Assembly: GCA_049510745.1 (NCBI GenBank)
Contig: JBEKYR010000017.1
Coordinates: 27,873-91,872, forward strand
DNA from: Verrucomicrobiota bacterium
GTDB lineage: Bacteria > Verrucomicrobiota > Verrucomicrobiia > Limisphaerales > Palsa-1400
Length of the DNA: 64,000 nucleotides
Direction of reading: 5' to 3'
Shown: piece after piece, positions 10,177 through 19,676 of the stretch
How positions within the stretch are numbered: the stretch's first letter is position 1
Layout: each line of letters opens with the position of its first letter
Notes under the pieces: generated by a model
Told to the model about the DNA's origin: nothing
What the model saw: the letters and a program-made list of their open reading frames with translations, nothing else
Database searches by the model: none
Program-made: the position numbers and the translations under genes

Positions 10177-10850
10177 GTGCGAATGAAAAAAGCCCGGAGG
10201 TTTCACATACCGACGTGATTCCAGCGAGTTTTGTGAGCTTGGCTGGTAGTTGGTGTCGCGATCAGTCCGCGATACTCCTTGGTTTCGTATGGGCTGCTTA
10301 CGACCAACTGATACCGGACACATCCAGAATTGACAGCCGTGATTTGGAGCGAAGCATCACGCAATTGTTGGAAGCCCGTATCCGCAGGGCCATGTCCGGT
10401 GACGAGCCTTTTTACATTCAGCACGGGCCGTATGAACGTGAGACGATGAAACCGCCGCCCGCCCAACCACCCCAATACGATTTGGCTTTCGTGCTAAACG
10501 CAAATGAACGTGTCATGTGGCCTCTTGAGGCAAAAGTTGTCGAAAAGCCCGCCGCTGTCGTTGAGTATGCCAACGAGATCCAACAACAGTTTCTCACCTG
10601 TCGGTATGCACCATTTTGTGGCGAAGGAGCCATGCTCGGATATTTGCTTTCCGGAACATCTGCGGATACATTCAACAACATCGCAGTAAAGATATCATGC
10701 AAACTTGAAAACCATCCCAGCTTTACCACACGGTCACACAAAACCTCCCGCCATCGCCGCCAGGTTCCTGTTGGTAAGACGTATCCACCCGATTTTTTGT
10801 GCCACCATCTGATTCTTGAATTATTGGAGGTAAAAAGGCATCGAAATTGA
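10173..10850 (+). CDS. PD-(D/E)xK nuclease-like protein, paralogue 1
   Basis: ATGA overlap with the MTase; LERS...QYDLAFV...WPLEAK motif; clearly homologous to 54399-55076. Confidence 0.75.
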   Translation: MSANEKSPEVSHTDVIPASFVSLAGSWCRDQSAILLGFVWAAYDQLIPDTSRIDSRDLERSITQLLEARIRRAMSGDEPFYIQHGPYERETMKPPPAQPPQYDLAFVLNANERVMWPLEAKVVEKPAAVVEYANEIQQQFLTCRYAPFCGEGAMLGYLLSGTSADTFNNIAVKISCKLENHPSFTTRSHKTSRHRRQVPVGKTYPPDFLCHHLILELLEVKRHRN

Positions 10851-10858
10851 CTGAGATT

Positions 10859-10891
10859 CACGAGGGTTCGATTCCCTTCACCCGCTCCAAC
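10859..10891 (+). repeat. attR-like duplicate of the tRNA-Gly 3' end
   Basis: Identical to 6666-6698. Confidence 0.95.
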
Positions 10892-10961
10892 GCTGCGCCC
10901 GTATGCAACCTGAGACTTGGCCGGCGTCATCGGGACAGGTCACCAACCCACAGGGACGAGT

Positions 10962-11186
10962 ATGTATGTCATGTTTGCGACGGTGGCATGGGCCGCCTTT
11001 TGGGGCGGCGCCATCTGGCTGTGGATGCTGGATGGGGCGAAGATTTCGCTGATTTTTATCGCGCTGTGGTTGTTGGGTTGGTTCGGCTTTCCGAGGCTGC
11101 ATTGGTCCGGAGCCGCTTTCCTGGCCTTTGACTGCGTCCTGGCCGTCCTTCTTTTGCTCATCGGAAAATACAAGTCAATGGTCTGA
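10962..11186 (+). CDS. Small integral membrane protein
   Basis: 74-aa ORF MYVMFATVAW... made almost entirely of hydrophobic helices; host-like codon usage. Confidence 0.6.
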   Translation: MYVMFATVAWAAFWGGAIWLWMLDGAKISLIFIALWLLGWFGFPRLHWSGAAFLAFDCVLAVLLLLIGKYKSMV

Positions 11187-11273
11187 AATGACGCCGCGAC
11201 CCGATGGTGAACACGGCGTTGAAGTCATCTGCGGCTGGATTTCAGGGCGGGGTTCCGCTAGGCTGGCCTGGCT

Positions 11274-12029
11274 GTGGAAAGGATTCTGGCAACGGCGCTC
11301 GGGCAGGATGTGAGCCAATTGGCAGCGCAGGAGAAACAACTCCTGCTCTCGCGCTTGTTGGCGCGCTTCGCCCACGAGGTCCGCAACCCGCTCAGTTCGC
11401 TCGACATCCACGTGCAGTTGCTGGAGGAGGACCTGGCCCAGGCCGCCCCACAGACGCGGGAGAGAACCGCCAGCCGCCTGGAAATCATCCATGGCGAACT
11501 GCATCGGCTGGAGAATATCGTCAAACATTTCCTCAGCCTGGCCGGGCCGTCGTCCCTGGATTTGCACCCGGTCACAGCGGCCAAAGTGATCGGCCACGTC
11601 TGCGAGTTGCTCCGCCCGGAAGCGGCGGCGCGCGGCATCGACATCGTGATGAAGTTGCCGGACGGCTTGCCGCCGGTCAGCGCGGATTCGGTGCAGCTCA
11701 CGCAGGCGCTGGTGAATCTGGTCATTAACGCCATGCAAGCGGTCGGGCGCGATGGCCGGGTGGAGGTGAGCGCGGGAACGGACAGGCGGGCCGGGACGTT
11801 GTCCATCGAGGTGCGCGACACCGGGCCGGGGATTCCCGCGGACAAGCAATCGGCCATCTTCGAGCCGTTTTTTTCGACCAAGGACGAGGGCAGCGGTTTG
11901 GGTTTGTGGATTGTGCAGCAAATCATCACGGCGCATGGCGGCGGGGTCGAGGCCTCGAACGCGCCCGAAGGCGGGGCGGTGTTTGTCATGCATCTGCCGC
12001 TGCGGAAGGCGGAGGCTGAGAATGGTTAA
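11274..12029 (+). CDS. Histidine kinase (HisKA + HATPase only, no sensor domain)
   Basis: H-box FAHEVRNPL, N-box NLVINAMQA, DTGPGI, FFSTK, GSGLGL; an in-frame stop just upstream blocks N-terminal extension. Confidence 0.9.
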   Translation: MERILATALGQDVSQLAAQEKQLLLSRLLARFAHEVRNPLSSLDIHVQLLEEDLAQAAPQTRERTASRLEIIHGELHRLENIVKHFLSLAGPSSLDLHPVTAAKVIGHVCELLRPEAAARGIDIVMKLPDGLPPVSADSVQLTQALVNLVINAMQAVGRDGRVEVSAGTDRRAGTLSIEVRDTGPGIPADKQSAIFEPFFSTKDEGSGLGLWIVQQIITAHGGGVEASNAPEGGAVFVMHLPLRKAEAENG

Positions 12030-13416
12030 ATCGAGAGTCAACATTTTGGTGGTGGATGACGAGCGGGGCCTGTGCGCGGGCATCCAGGAGGCGCTCAAAC
12101 GCGAGGGCTACTCGGTCGATACGGCCAACGACGCCCGCTCGGCCCTCCAGTTGATGAGCGAGCGCCTCTATAACCTCGTCCTGACCGACGTGAAGATGCC
12201 CGACATGAGCGGGCTGCAATTGCTCAAGGAAGCCAAGCAAAAGAGCCGCGACACGGTGTTCCTGCTGATGACGGCTTACGGCACGGTCGAGAGCGCGGTC
12301 GAGGCGATGAAGGAGGACGCCTACGATTATTTGTCGAAACCGCTCGACATGCGGCGGTTGCGGGCCTTGGTGCAGAAGGCGCTGGAGTTTCAGGCGGTGG
12401 TGGCGGAAAACAATGAGTTGCGGCTGCGGGTGCAAAAGCGCTCGGAGCCGGGTCTGCTGGTGGGCGAGAGCGAGATGATGCGCAAAGTGACGCAACTGGC
12501 GGACGAATTGGCGCGCAGCGATGTCACGGTGTTGATCGAAGGGGAAAGCGGGACGGGCAAGGAAATTGTGGCGCGGTCCATTCACTTGAAGAGCGCGCGG
12601 GCGGACAAGCCGTTTATCTCCGTCAATTGCGCGGCGCTGGCGGAACAGTTGCTCGAAGCGGAGTTGTTCGGCCACGTGAAAGGGGCCTTCACGGGGGCGG
12701 TGGCGGACAAGCCGGGGCGCTTCCAACTGGCCGACGGGGGCACGCTGTTCCTGGACGAAATCGGGGACCTCTCGGCCAAGGGACAAGGCGACCTGCTGCG
12801 CGTGCTGGAGGACGGGACGTTCCGCATGGTGGGCGGAACGAAACTAATCCGCGTCAACGTGCGCATCGTGGCGGCGACAAACAAGAAGCTGCAGGAAGTG
12901 GTGGCGGCGGGGCGGTTCCGCGAAGACCTCTGGTATCGTTTGCAGGTTGTTCCCATTTCGATTCCGCCGCTGCGCGAACACGCCGAAGACATTCCGCTGC
13001 TGGCGGAATGTTTCCTGGAACAGTTCACCGCCAAACATAAACGGCGGCGCAAAAAACTGTCCGGGGAAGCGATGCAGCTTTGCCAGCGGTACCCCTGGCC
13101 CGGCAACGTGCGGCAAGTGCGCAACGTCATGGAGCGATTGGTGCTGACCTGCCGCGAGGGCACGATTGAGGTGAAGGATTTGCCGGATTTTCTCCGCGAG
13201 CACGACCAAAGCGCCACGACGTTCTCGCTTCGCCCCGGCATGTCGCTGGCGGAAGTGGAGAAGCTGGTCATCCGGCAAACGCTCACGCATCTGACGGCCA
13301 ATCGAGAGGAGGCGGCCAAAGTGCTGGGCATCAGCCGCCGCTCGCTGCAATACAAGCTCAAGCAATACGGGTTGGTCGAGGAACCGCGGTCCGGCGGGAC
13401 CGATGAAGCCGGGTGA
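12022..13416 (+). CDS. Sigma54-dependent response regulator (NtrC family)
   Basis: REC domain (LVVDD, DVKMP), GESGTGKE, ELFGHVKGAFTGA, FLDEIG, WPGNVR, C-terminal Fis HTH. Confidence 0.95.
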   Translation: MVKSRVNILVVDDERGLCAGIQEALKREGYSVDTANDARSALQLMSERLYNLVLTDVKMPDMSGLQLLKEAKQKSRDTVFLLMTAYGTVESAVEAMKEDAYDYLSKPLDMRRLRALVQKALEFQAVVAENNELRLRVQKRSEPGLLVGESEMMRKVTQLADELARSDVTVLIEGESGTGKEIVARSIHLKSARADKPFISVNCAALAEQLLEAELFGHVKGAFTGAVADKPGRFQLADGGTLFLDEIGDLSAKGQGDLLRVLEDGTFRMVGGTKLIRVNVRIVAATNKKLQEVVAAGRFREDLWYRLQVVPISIPPLREHAEDIPLLAECFLEQFTAKHKRRRKKLSGEAMQLCQRYPWPGNVRQVRNVMERLVLTCREGTIEVKDLPDFLREHDQSATTFSLRPGMSLAEVEKLVIRQTLTHLTANREEAAKVLGISRRSLQYKLKQYGLVEEPRSGGTDEAG

Positions 13417-13437
13417 TTGCACAGGATGGCGGGAGAC

Positions 13438-13454
13438 GGTGCAAAGAATGCACC
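13438..13454. promoter_or_regulatory. Candidate enhancer (UAS) palindrome for the NtrC-family activator
   Basis: GGTGCA-aagaa-TGCACC perfect inverted repeat about 100 bp upstream of a -24/-12 promoter. Confidence 0.55.
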
Positions 13455-13551
13455 AAAGGGGCGCTGGAGTCGGCGCTGCTCGCGCGAGGGCGGTTGCGAT
13501 AAGAAGCTAACCACAGTTCCAGCAAGGGGTTGCAGCACCGGCGTGATTCCG

Positions 13552-13567
13552 CGGCACGGCCCTTGCA
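13552..13567 (+). promoter_or_regulatory. Sigma54 (-24/-12) promoter
   Basis: cGGCAC-GGCCC-TTGCA with exact GG-N10-GC spacing, immediately upstream of the operon and downstream of a sigma54 activator gene. Confidence 0.8.
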
Positions 13568-13579
13568 TACTGGAGCGGC

Positions 13580-13975
13580 ATGAAACAGACCATGGACCGA
13601 TTGTTCGCGCTGCAAAAGCTCCAGTTGCAAACCAAAGCTCTGTCTCTCGAGGACGAAGCGGAAATCCTGAAGTTGCGTGATAAAGTGCCCGCGCCCATCC
13701 TCGCCCACTTCGATCGGCTCATCGCGCGCGGCAAGAAAGGCGTGGCCCTGGCCCGGCACGGCGTGTGTGGCGAGTGTCATTTGCGGATCAGCTCGGGGAC
13801 GCTGGCCAGCCTGGCTTACACGAACGAGATACACATCTGCGACAACTGCGGCCGCTATCTCTTTCTGGCAGAGAATGAACCACCCGGCTTGGCCGAACCG
13901 CCGCCGCCAAGCAAAGCCCCCGCGAAAGCGCGCGCCAAAGGGACCCGGAAAAAGGCGGCCTTGCATGCCGCCTAA
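13580..13975 (+). CDS. C4-type zinc-ribbon protein (DUF164/zf-RING_7-like, lacking the long coiled coil)
   Basis: GVCGECHLRI...ICDNCGRYL. Confidence 0.8.
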   Translation: MKQTMDRLFALQKLQLQTKALSLEDEAEILKLRDKVPAPILAHFDRLIARGKKGVALARHGVCGECHLRISSGTLASLAYTNEIHICDNCGRYLFLAENEPPGLAEPPPPSKAPAKARAKGTRKKAALHAA

Positions 13976-14000
13976 CGCCATCGCCAGTCCGAACACTGCC

Positions 14001-14498
14001 ATGACCTTGGCCGACTTCACCAGTCCGGGGCTGATCGTGCCGCACTTGCGCGGCCAGGATGCAGCCGGGGTGATCCAGGAACTGAGCCAGGCGATGCAGC
14101 GGGAAAAGCGCGTGCCGGACTTGCTCCCGTTTTACCACGCGGCGCTGAACCGGGAATTTCTCGTCAGCAGCGACATGGAGGCGGGCATGGCCTTTCCGCA
14201 CGCGCGCCTGCCGGGATTGAAGGAGCTTTCTTTCGCGCTGGGCCGCAGCCCGGTGCCGCTGGGTTGGACGGCCAAGGCCACCCGCTCAGTCTGGCTGGTC
14301 TTTCTGCTGGCGGTTCCCGCGACCGACTCGACCCAATATCTGCTGCTCATTTCCGGTCTGGCGCGCCTGTCACAAGACAGCCGGCTGATGGAAACGCTCC
14401 GCTCCGCGCCAGACGCCATCCAGATGTTTGAGGTGCTGCAACAAGTCCCCCTGCGGTCCGACGCGAAATCCGATTTGTTCAAGAAGGCCGTCAGTTGA
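14001..14498 (+). CDS. PTS EIIA domain protein (PtsN/fructose-mannitol type)
   Basis: LNREFLVSSDMEAGMAFPHAR with the phospho-acceptor His; alternative start at 13965. Confidence 0.85.
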   Translation: MTLADFTSPGLIVPHLRGQDAAGVIQELSQAMQREKRVPDLLPFYHAALNREFLVSSDMEAGMAFPHARLPGLKELSFALGRSPVPLGWTAKATRSVWLVFLLAVPATDSTQYLLLISGLARLSQDSRLMETLRSAPDAIQMFEVLQQVPLRSDAKSDLFKKAVS

Positions 14499-14523
14499 CC
14501 GGGGCGACGCCAGATTTGCTGAA

Positions 14524-16572
14524 ATGAACATTTCACCCGCCACGCTGCTCATGCTCTCGCTCTGCGGCTATGCCGTCGGGGCGGCGGGCGGTTTGTTGTT
14601 CATACGCCGGGAGAAATTGGCGAACGTCTTCTCCTTTGGCGCGGCGGCGCTCTCCGGTCTGAGCGGGTTGCTGGCGGCGCTGTTTTTCCTGGCCGGCGGC
14701 GCGGGCGGCGCGGCGCCGCAAATCAGGGTGCTGCCCGCGCTGGTCCCTTATATCCAGTTCACCGTCCGGCCCGACCCGCTGGGCGCGTTTTTCCTCCTCA
14801 TTGTCTCGCTGCTCGGTTTTGCGATCTCGACGTATTCGCTCGGCTACGCCAAGGGTTTCTTTGGGCGGAAAAACGTGGGCGTGCTGGGCGCGTTCTTCAA
14901 CGCCCTGCTGCTGGCCACGACCTTGACGTTCGTGGCGGACAACCTCTGGCTCTTTCTCATCGCCTGGGAAGTGATGGCGCTGACCTCTTACTGCCTGGTG
15001 AGCTTCGAGCACGAACAACCGGAGACACGCGACGCCGGCGTGCTCTACTTCATCATGTCGCACATTGACGCCGGCTGCATCATTCTCGGTTTCCTGCTGC
15101 TCTACCAGGCGTCGGGCGATTATAGCTTTGACAGTCTGCACGGCATCGGCGCGAAAATGTCGTCCGGCAAACGGGACGCGGCGTTTGTCCTGTTCCTGCT
15201 CGGTTTCGGCATCAAGGCGGGCATCGTGCCGCTGCACATCTGGCTGCCGGTGGCGCATCCGGTCGCGCCGAGCAACGTATCCGCGCTGCTCTCCGGCGTG
15301 ATCATCAAGACGGGTATTTACGGATTGATCCGGGTGTTGTTCGATTTTCTCGGCCCGCCGCCGCTCTGGTGGGGGGTGACGGTGTTGACGGCCGGGACGG
15401 TTTCGGCCGTGCTGGGCGTGCTCTACGCGCTGATGGAACACGACCTCAAACGGTTGCTGGCCTATCACAGCATCGAAAACATCGGCATCATTCTGATGGG
15501 CCTGGGAGCGGCGCTGATGTTTCTGCACTCCGGCCATCCGCTGCTGGCCGCCCTTGGTCTGCTGGCTGGACTTTACCACACGATCAACCACGCCTCGTTC
15601 AAAGGGCTGCTCTTCCTCGGCGCCGGCGCGGTGCTGCACGCCACTCACACCCGCAACATGGAGGAAATGGGCGGGCTGGCCAAACGCATGCCGGACACGG
15701 CGATTTATTTCCTGGTCGGCGCGGTGGCCATCTCGGCGCTGCCGCCGCTCAACGGGTTCGTCAGCGAGTGGCTGACGTACCAGGCGCTGCTGCAGGGTTT
15801 CGGCGCGACGGAGAGCCTGATGCGGCTGATTTTCCCATTGAGCGGCGCGATGCTGGCGCTGACGGGCACGCTGGCGGCGGCGTGTTTTGTGAAGGCCTTC
15901 GGCATCACGTTTCTGGCGCAGCCGCGCAGCGAAGAGGCGGCGCGCGCTCACGAAGTCGTTCCTTCGATGCGCCTGGGCATGGCGGCGCTGACGGCGGCGT
16001 GCGTGGCGCTGGGACTGTTCCCGACGCAGTTCATCCGGCTGCTCGATCCCCTCTTGCAGCAACTCACCGGCCAGCAATTGGGCGCGCGCGTCAGCCTCGC
16101 CAACGGCCTGGTGCTCGCCTCGCTGACGGAGAAGGCGGGCACCATCTCCACGCTCGGCATGGTGCTGATGGCCGTGTGCCTGCTGCCCATTCCTTTCGGA
16201 TTGTGGCTGGTTTTCGGGCGGAAGGCGAAAACGCGGCGCGGCCCGACTTGGGACTGCGGCCAGCGGGGGTTGACGCCGCAAATGGAGTACACCGCGACCG
16301 GGTTCTCGAAACCGATTCGGATGATTTTCAAGGCGCTGTTCCGGCCGCGCCGGGACGTGCAGCGCGAATACGATTTTTCGCCGCACTTCGCGACGAAATT
16401 GCGGTTCGAGAGCCACGTCGAGGAAGTCTTTGTGCAACGTCTTTACCGGCCGCTGCGCATTCTGATCCTGCGCGTCTCGCGGCGGATACGCGCGCTCCAG
16501 GCGGGCAGCATTCACGCCTACCTGCTTTACATCTTCGTCACCCTGCTGCTGCTGCTGATCTTCGCCTTATGA
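14524..16572 (+). CDS. hyfB: Hydrogenase-4 component B-like antiporter-type membrane subunit
   Basis: FLIAWEVMA, GIKAGIVPLHIWLP, LKRLLAYHSIENIG, LPPLNGFVSEW, WDCG...MEYTATGF. Confidence 0.9.
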   Translation: MNISPATLLMLSLCGYAVGAAGGLLFIRREKLANVFSFGAAALSGLSGLLAALFFLAGGAGGAAPQIRVLPALVPYIQFTVRPDPLGAFFLLIVSLLGFAISTYSLGYAKGFFGRKNVGVLGAFFNALLLATTLTFVADNLWLFLIAWEVMALTSYCLVSFEHEQPETRDAGVLYFIMSHIDAGCIILGFLLLYQASGDYSFDSLHGIGAKMSSGKRDAAFVLFLLGFGIKAGIVPLHIWLPVAHPVAPSNVSALLSGVIIKTGIYGLIRVLFDFLGPPPLWWGVTVLTAGTVSAVLGVLYALMEHDLKRLLAYHSIENIGIILMGLGAALMFLHSGHPLLAALGLLAGLYHTINHASFKGLLFLGAGAVLHATHTRNMEEMGGLAKRMPDTAIYFLVGAVAISALPPLNGFVSEWLTYQALLQGFGATESLMRLIFPLSGAMLALTGTLAAACFVKAFGITFLAQPRSEEAARAHEVVPSMRLGMAALTAACVALGLFPTQFIRLLDPLLQQLTGQQLGARVSLANGLVLASLTEKAGTISTLGMVLMAVCLLPIPFGLWLVFGRKAKTRRGPTWDCGQRGLTPQMEYTATGFSKPIRMIFKALFRPRRDVQREYDFSPHFATKLRFESHVEEVFVQRLYRPLRILILRVSRRIRALQAGSIHAYLLYIFVTLLLLLIFAL

Positions 16573-17513
16573 ACCTGGACCTGCCAGCCATCTTCGCGCA
16601 AACGGCGCTGTTGCTGTTGTTGTCGCCGCTTTTGAGCGGCCTCATCCGGAACTGGAAGGCCAAGCTCCAGAACCGGCGCGGCCCGCCCGTCTGGCAGCCT
16701 TACTTTGACCTGGTCAAGTACCTGCGCAAGGACATGGTCATCTCCGAGCACGCGTCGTGGGTTTTTTCCCTCGCGCCGTACGTGGTATTCCTGACAGCGC
16801 TGTGCGCCGGGCTGATGGTGCCGATGGTCACCGCCCAGGCGCCGATGAGCCTGTTCGGCGGCGCGCTGGCGCTGGTCGGTCTCCTCGCGCTGGGCCGGTT
16901 CTTCCTCGCGTTGGGGGGACTGGACCCCGCCAGCGCCTTCGGCGGCATGGGCAGCAGCCGCGAAATGACCCTCTCGGCCATCGCTGAACCGGCGATGATG
17001 CTGGCCATTTTCACGGTGGCGATCGCCGCCGGTTCGACCAACCTCAGCCAGATCGTCCTGGCCAGCCAGATGCCGGGCTGGAAGTTCCTCGATCCGTCCC
17101 ACGCGCTGGCCTTCGCCGCCATGTTCATCGTGCTGCTGGCCGAGACGGGCCGCATTCCCGTGGACAACCCGGCCACGCACCTCGAGTTGACCATGATCCA
17201 CGAGGCGATGCTGCTGGAGTATTCGGGCCGCTATCTGGCGCTGATGGAGTGGGGCGCGGCCGTCAAGCAACTCGTGCTCATGGCCCTGCTGGCCAACATC
17301 TTTTTCCCGGCCGGACTGGCGGTGGAGACGACGCCGGCGGCCTTTGTCGTGGGCCTGTTCTTCCTGGCCGTGAAACTCATCGTGCTCGCCGGCGCCGTGG
17401 TGCTGGTCGAGACCACCAACGCGAAGCTGCGTCTGTTTCGTGTGCCGGACCTGTTGAGCGCCGCGTTCATTCTCGCCACGCTGGCGTTGGTTTCCACCTT
17501 CTTGTTTCGATAG
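16569..17513 (+). CDS. hyfC: HyfC/HycD (NuoH-like) membrane subunit
   Basis: QNRRGPPVWQPYFDL, GMGSSRE, AETGRIPVDNPATHLELTMIHEAMLLEYSG; ATGA overlap with hyfB. Confidence 0.9.
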   Translation: MNLDLPAIFAQTALLLLLSPLLSGLIRNWKAKLQNRRGPPVWQPYFDLVKYLRKDMVISEHASWVFSLAPYVVFLTALCAGLMVPMVTAQAPMSLFGGALALVGLLALGRFFLALGGLDPASAFGGMGSSREMTLSAIAEPAMMLAIFTVAIAAGSTNLSQIVLASQMPGWKFLDPSHALAFAAMFIVLLAETGRIPVDNPATHLELTMIHEAMLLEYSGRYLALMEWGAAVKQLVLMALLANIFFPAGLAVETTPAAFVVGLFFLAVKLIVLAGAVVLVETTNAKLRLFRVPDLLSAAFILATLALVSTFLFR

Positions 17514-17515
17514 CC

Positions 17516-18184
17516 ATGAACCCGCCCGATTCTCAAGCCGCCTCGCACCTGATTACGCTGCTGGCCTCCCTCATGCTGGTGCTGCAACTGCTGCTGGCCG
17601 TGCAGTCGATGCTCATCACCAACATCCGGTTGTTCGCGATGCAATCGTTCCTGCTGGCCGCCATCGCCGGGGTGGTCGGTTACGCCTATGGCGCCTGGCA
17701 CGTGTTGGTGGTGGCGGCGCTGACGATCCTGGGCAAAGTGATTTTTTTGCCGTGGCGGCTCGAACGCCTGGTGCGGCAGATCAAAATCGAGCAGGAAATC
17801 CGCCCGTTCGTCAACATGCCCGCCTCGATGCTCATCTGCGGCGCGTTGACCGTGCTGGCCTATGTCGTGGCCCGGCCCATCACCTCGCTCGAACGGCTGG
17901 GCAGCAATACGCTGGCCGTGGCCATCGCGCTGCTGCTCACCGGCTTTTTCCTGATGATTAACCGCCGCAAAGCCCTCACCCAGGTGCTGGCGCTTCTGAC
18001 GATGGAAAACGGCGTGATGCTCGCCGCGATTGCTCTGACCACCTACGGCATGCCGCTGGTGGTGGAAATCGGCATCTTCTTCGACGTGGTCGTGGCGGTA
18101 ATGGTGCTGGGCATCCTTGTTTTCCGCATCCGCGAGACGTTCGCCTCGATGGACGTGAGCAAGCTCAACGAACTCAAATGGTGA
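17516..18184 (+). CDS. hyfE: HyfE-like membrane subunit
   Basis: GKVIFLPW, RRKALTQVLALLTMENG, GMPLVVEIGIFFD. Confidence 0.88.
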   Translation: MNPPDSQAASHLITLLASLMLVLQLLLAVQSMLITNIRLFAMQSFLLAAIAGVVGYAYGAWHVLVVAALTILGKVIFLPWRLERLVRQIKIEQEIRPFVNMPASMLICGALTVLAYVVARPITSLERLGSNTLAVAIALLLTGFFLMINRRKALTQVLALLTMENGVMLAAIALTTYGMPLVVEIGIFFDVVVAVMVLGILVFRIRETFASMDVSKLNELKW

Positions 18185-18188
18185 CCTC

Positions 18189-19676
18189 ATGCTGCTGACT
18201 TCCATTCTTGGCCTGCCGTTGGCCGTCGGACTGGCGTGCCTGTTCGCGCGGCCACGCAAGCTGGTGGAATGGCTCAACGTCGCGGGATTCGCCGGCGGGT
18301 TGGGCCTGGCCGTAAAGCTGTTCAAGACCGTGGTGGCGCGGCCGGGGGCGGCGCTGACCGCGTGGGGCGAGTTTTTGCGCGCCGACGCCCTGAGCGCGTG
18401 GATGGTGCTGCTCATCGCGGTCGTGTCGCTGGCGACGTCGATTTACGCGGTGGGATACTTCCGGCGCGACCTGGCCGGGGGCGTGGTGACCGAGCGGCGC
18501 TTCCGCGAGTTCTACGTGCTGACGCCGTTCTTCGCCGCGGGCATGTTGCTGGTGGTGCTGGCCAACAGCCTGGGCGTGATGTGGATCGCGGTGGAGGCCA
18601 TGGCGATTTCATCCGTGCTGCTGGTGGCGCTCTACAACCAGCGGACTTCGCTGGAAGCGGCGTGGAAATATGTGATTCTCGGCGGGTTGGGCCTGGTGCT
18701 GGCGCTCTTTGGCACGATCTTCACTTATGCGGCGGCCGTCGGCAAAACGGGCGGAGAAACGCTGCCGAGTTTCAACTGGTCGCGTCTGCTGGCCGTGGCG
18801 CCGCGGCTGGACCACCACTTGATGACGCTGGCCTTCCTCTTCGTGCTCGTGGGCTACGGCACCAAGGCCGGCCTGGCCCCCATGCACACCTGGCTGCCCG
18901 ACGCGCACAGCGAAGCGCCCTCGCCCACCAGCGCGATGCTCTCCGGCGTCTCGCTGAAAGTCGCCCTCTACGCGCTGCTCCGCTTTCACATTCTGGCCAC
19001 CGCCTGCCTCGGCTCCGGTCTGAGCTGCCACCTGCTCCTGGGCTTCGGGTTGTTTTCGATGTTGCTGGCCGGGCCGTTCATTCTCCTGCAAAAAAATCTC
19101 AAGCGGATGCTGGCTTACTCCAGCCTGGAACACGTCGGCCTGATTTGCGCGGCGGTCGGGATGAACGCGCCGCTGACGATTTTCGGGGCGTTGCTGCACA
19201 TGGGCTACCACGCGCTGGCCAAGCCGGTGCTGTTTTTCGCGGCGGGCAACATCCACCAGCAATTTCACACCCTGGATTTCCAGCGCCTCGGCGGCGGCCT
19301 GGCGCGAACCATGCCGGTGACGGCGCTGTGGCTGGGCCTGGCGGCGGTGGCCGTGAGCGGCCTGCCGCCCTTTGGCTTGTTCGTGAGCGAACTGACGGTG
19401 ATTGCGGGCGGTTTCACGTCGCATCACACCTGGGTTGGGATCGTGATGCTGGCGGCGCTCATCGTTGTGTTTTGCGGGCTGCTCAACAAAATCGCCGGAC
19501 TGCTGCTCGGTCCGGGCCGTGGCGGGCAGGCGCGCGAAACCATTTCAGCGGGCAACGTTGCGGCCCTGAGTCTGCCGCTGGGAACGTTGTTGCTCTTCAC
19601 TTTCTGGCTGCCCGGTTCCCTCCGCCAACTGATGGAACAAGCCGCCGGCATCATTCGGGGGGCGCCATGCTTCTGA
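18189..19676 (+). CDS. hyfF: HyfF-like antiporter-type subunit, copy 1
   Basis: SLEAAWKY, GYGTKAGLAPMHTWLPDAHSEAP, KRMLAYSSLEH. Confidence 0.88.
   Translation: MLLTSILGLPLAVGLACLFARPRKLVEWLNVAGFAGGLGLAVKLFKTVVARPGAALTAWGEFLRADALSAWMVLLIAVVSLATSIYAVGYFRRDLAGGVVTERRFREFYVLTPFFAAGMLLVVLANSLGVMWIAVEAMAISSVLLVALYNQRTSLEAAWKYVILGGLGLVLALFGTIFTYAAAVGKTGGETLPSFNWSRLLAVAPRLDHHLMTLAFLFVLVGYGTKAGLAPMHTWLPDAHSEAPSPTSAMLSGVSLKVALYALLRFHILATACLGSGLSCHLLLGFGLFSMLLAGPFILLQKNLKRMLAYSSLEHVGLICAAVGMNAPLTIFGALLHMGYHALAKPVLFFAAGNIHQQFHTLDFQRLGGGLARTMPVTALWLGLAAVAVSGLPPFGLFVSELTVIAGGFTSHHTWVGIVMLAALIVVFCGLLNKIAGLLLGPGRGGQARETISAGNVAALSLPLGTLLLFTFWLPGSLRQLMEQAAGIIRGAPCF

Larger units (their letters stand above)
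6666..10891 (+). mobile_element. Integrase-less genomic islet inserted at the tRNA-Gly 3' end
   Basis: Perfect 33-bp direct repeat CACGAGGGTTCGATTCCCTTCACCCGCTCCAAC at 6666-6698 and 10859-10891; interior visibly lower in GC than the flanks. Confidence 0.92.

Noticed and set aside
7021..10850. Type I RM, BREX or DISARM assignment
   Set aside because: No HsdR/HsdS, PglZ, BrxC or Drm helicase genes adjoin either cassette
10859..10891. Second tRNA-Gly gene
   Set aside because: Only the T arm and acceptor 3' strand are present; it is an att duplication
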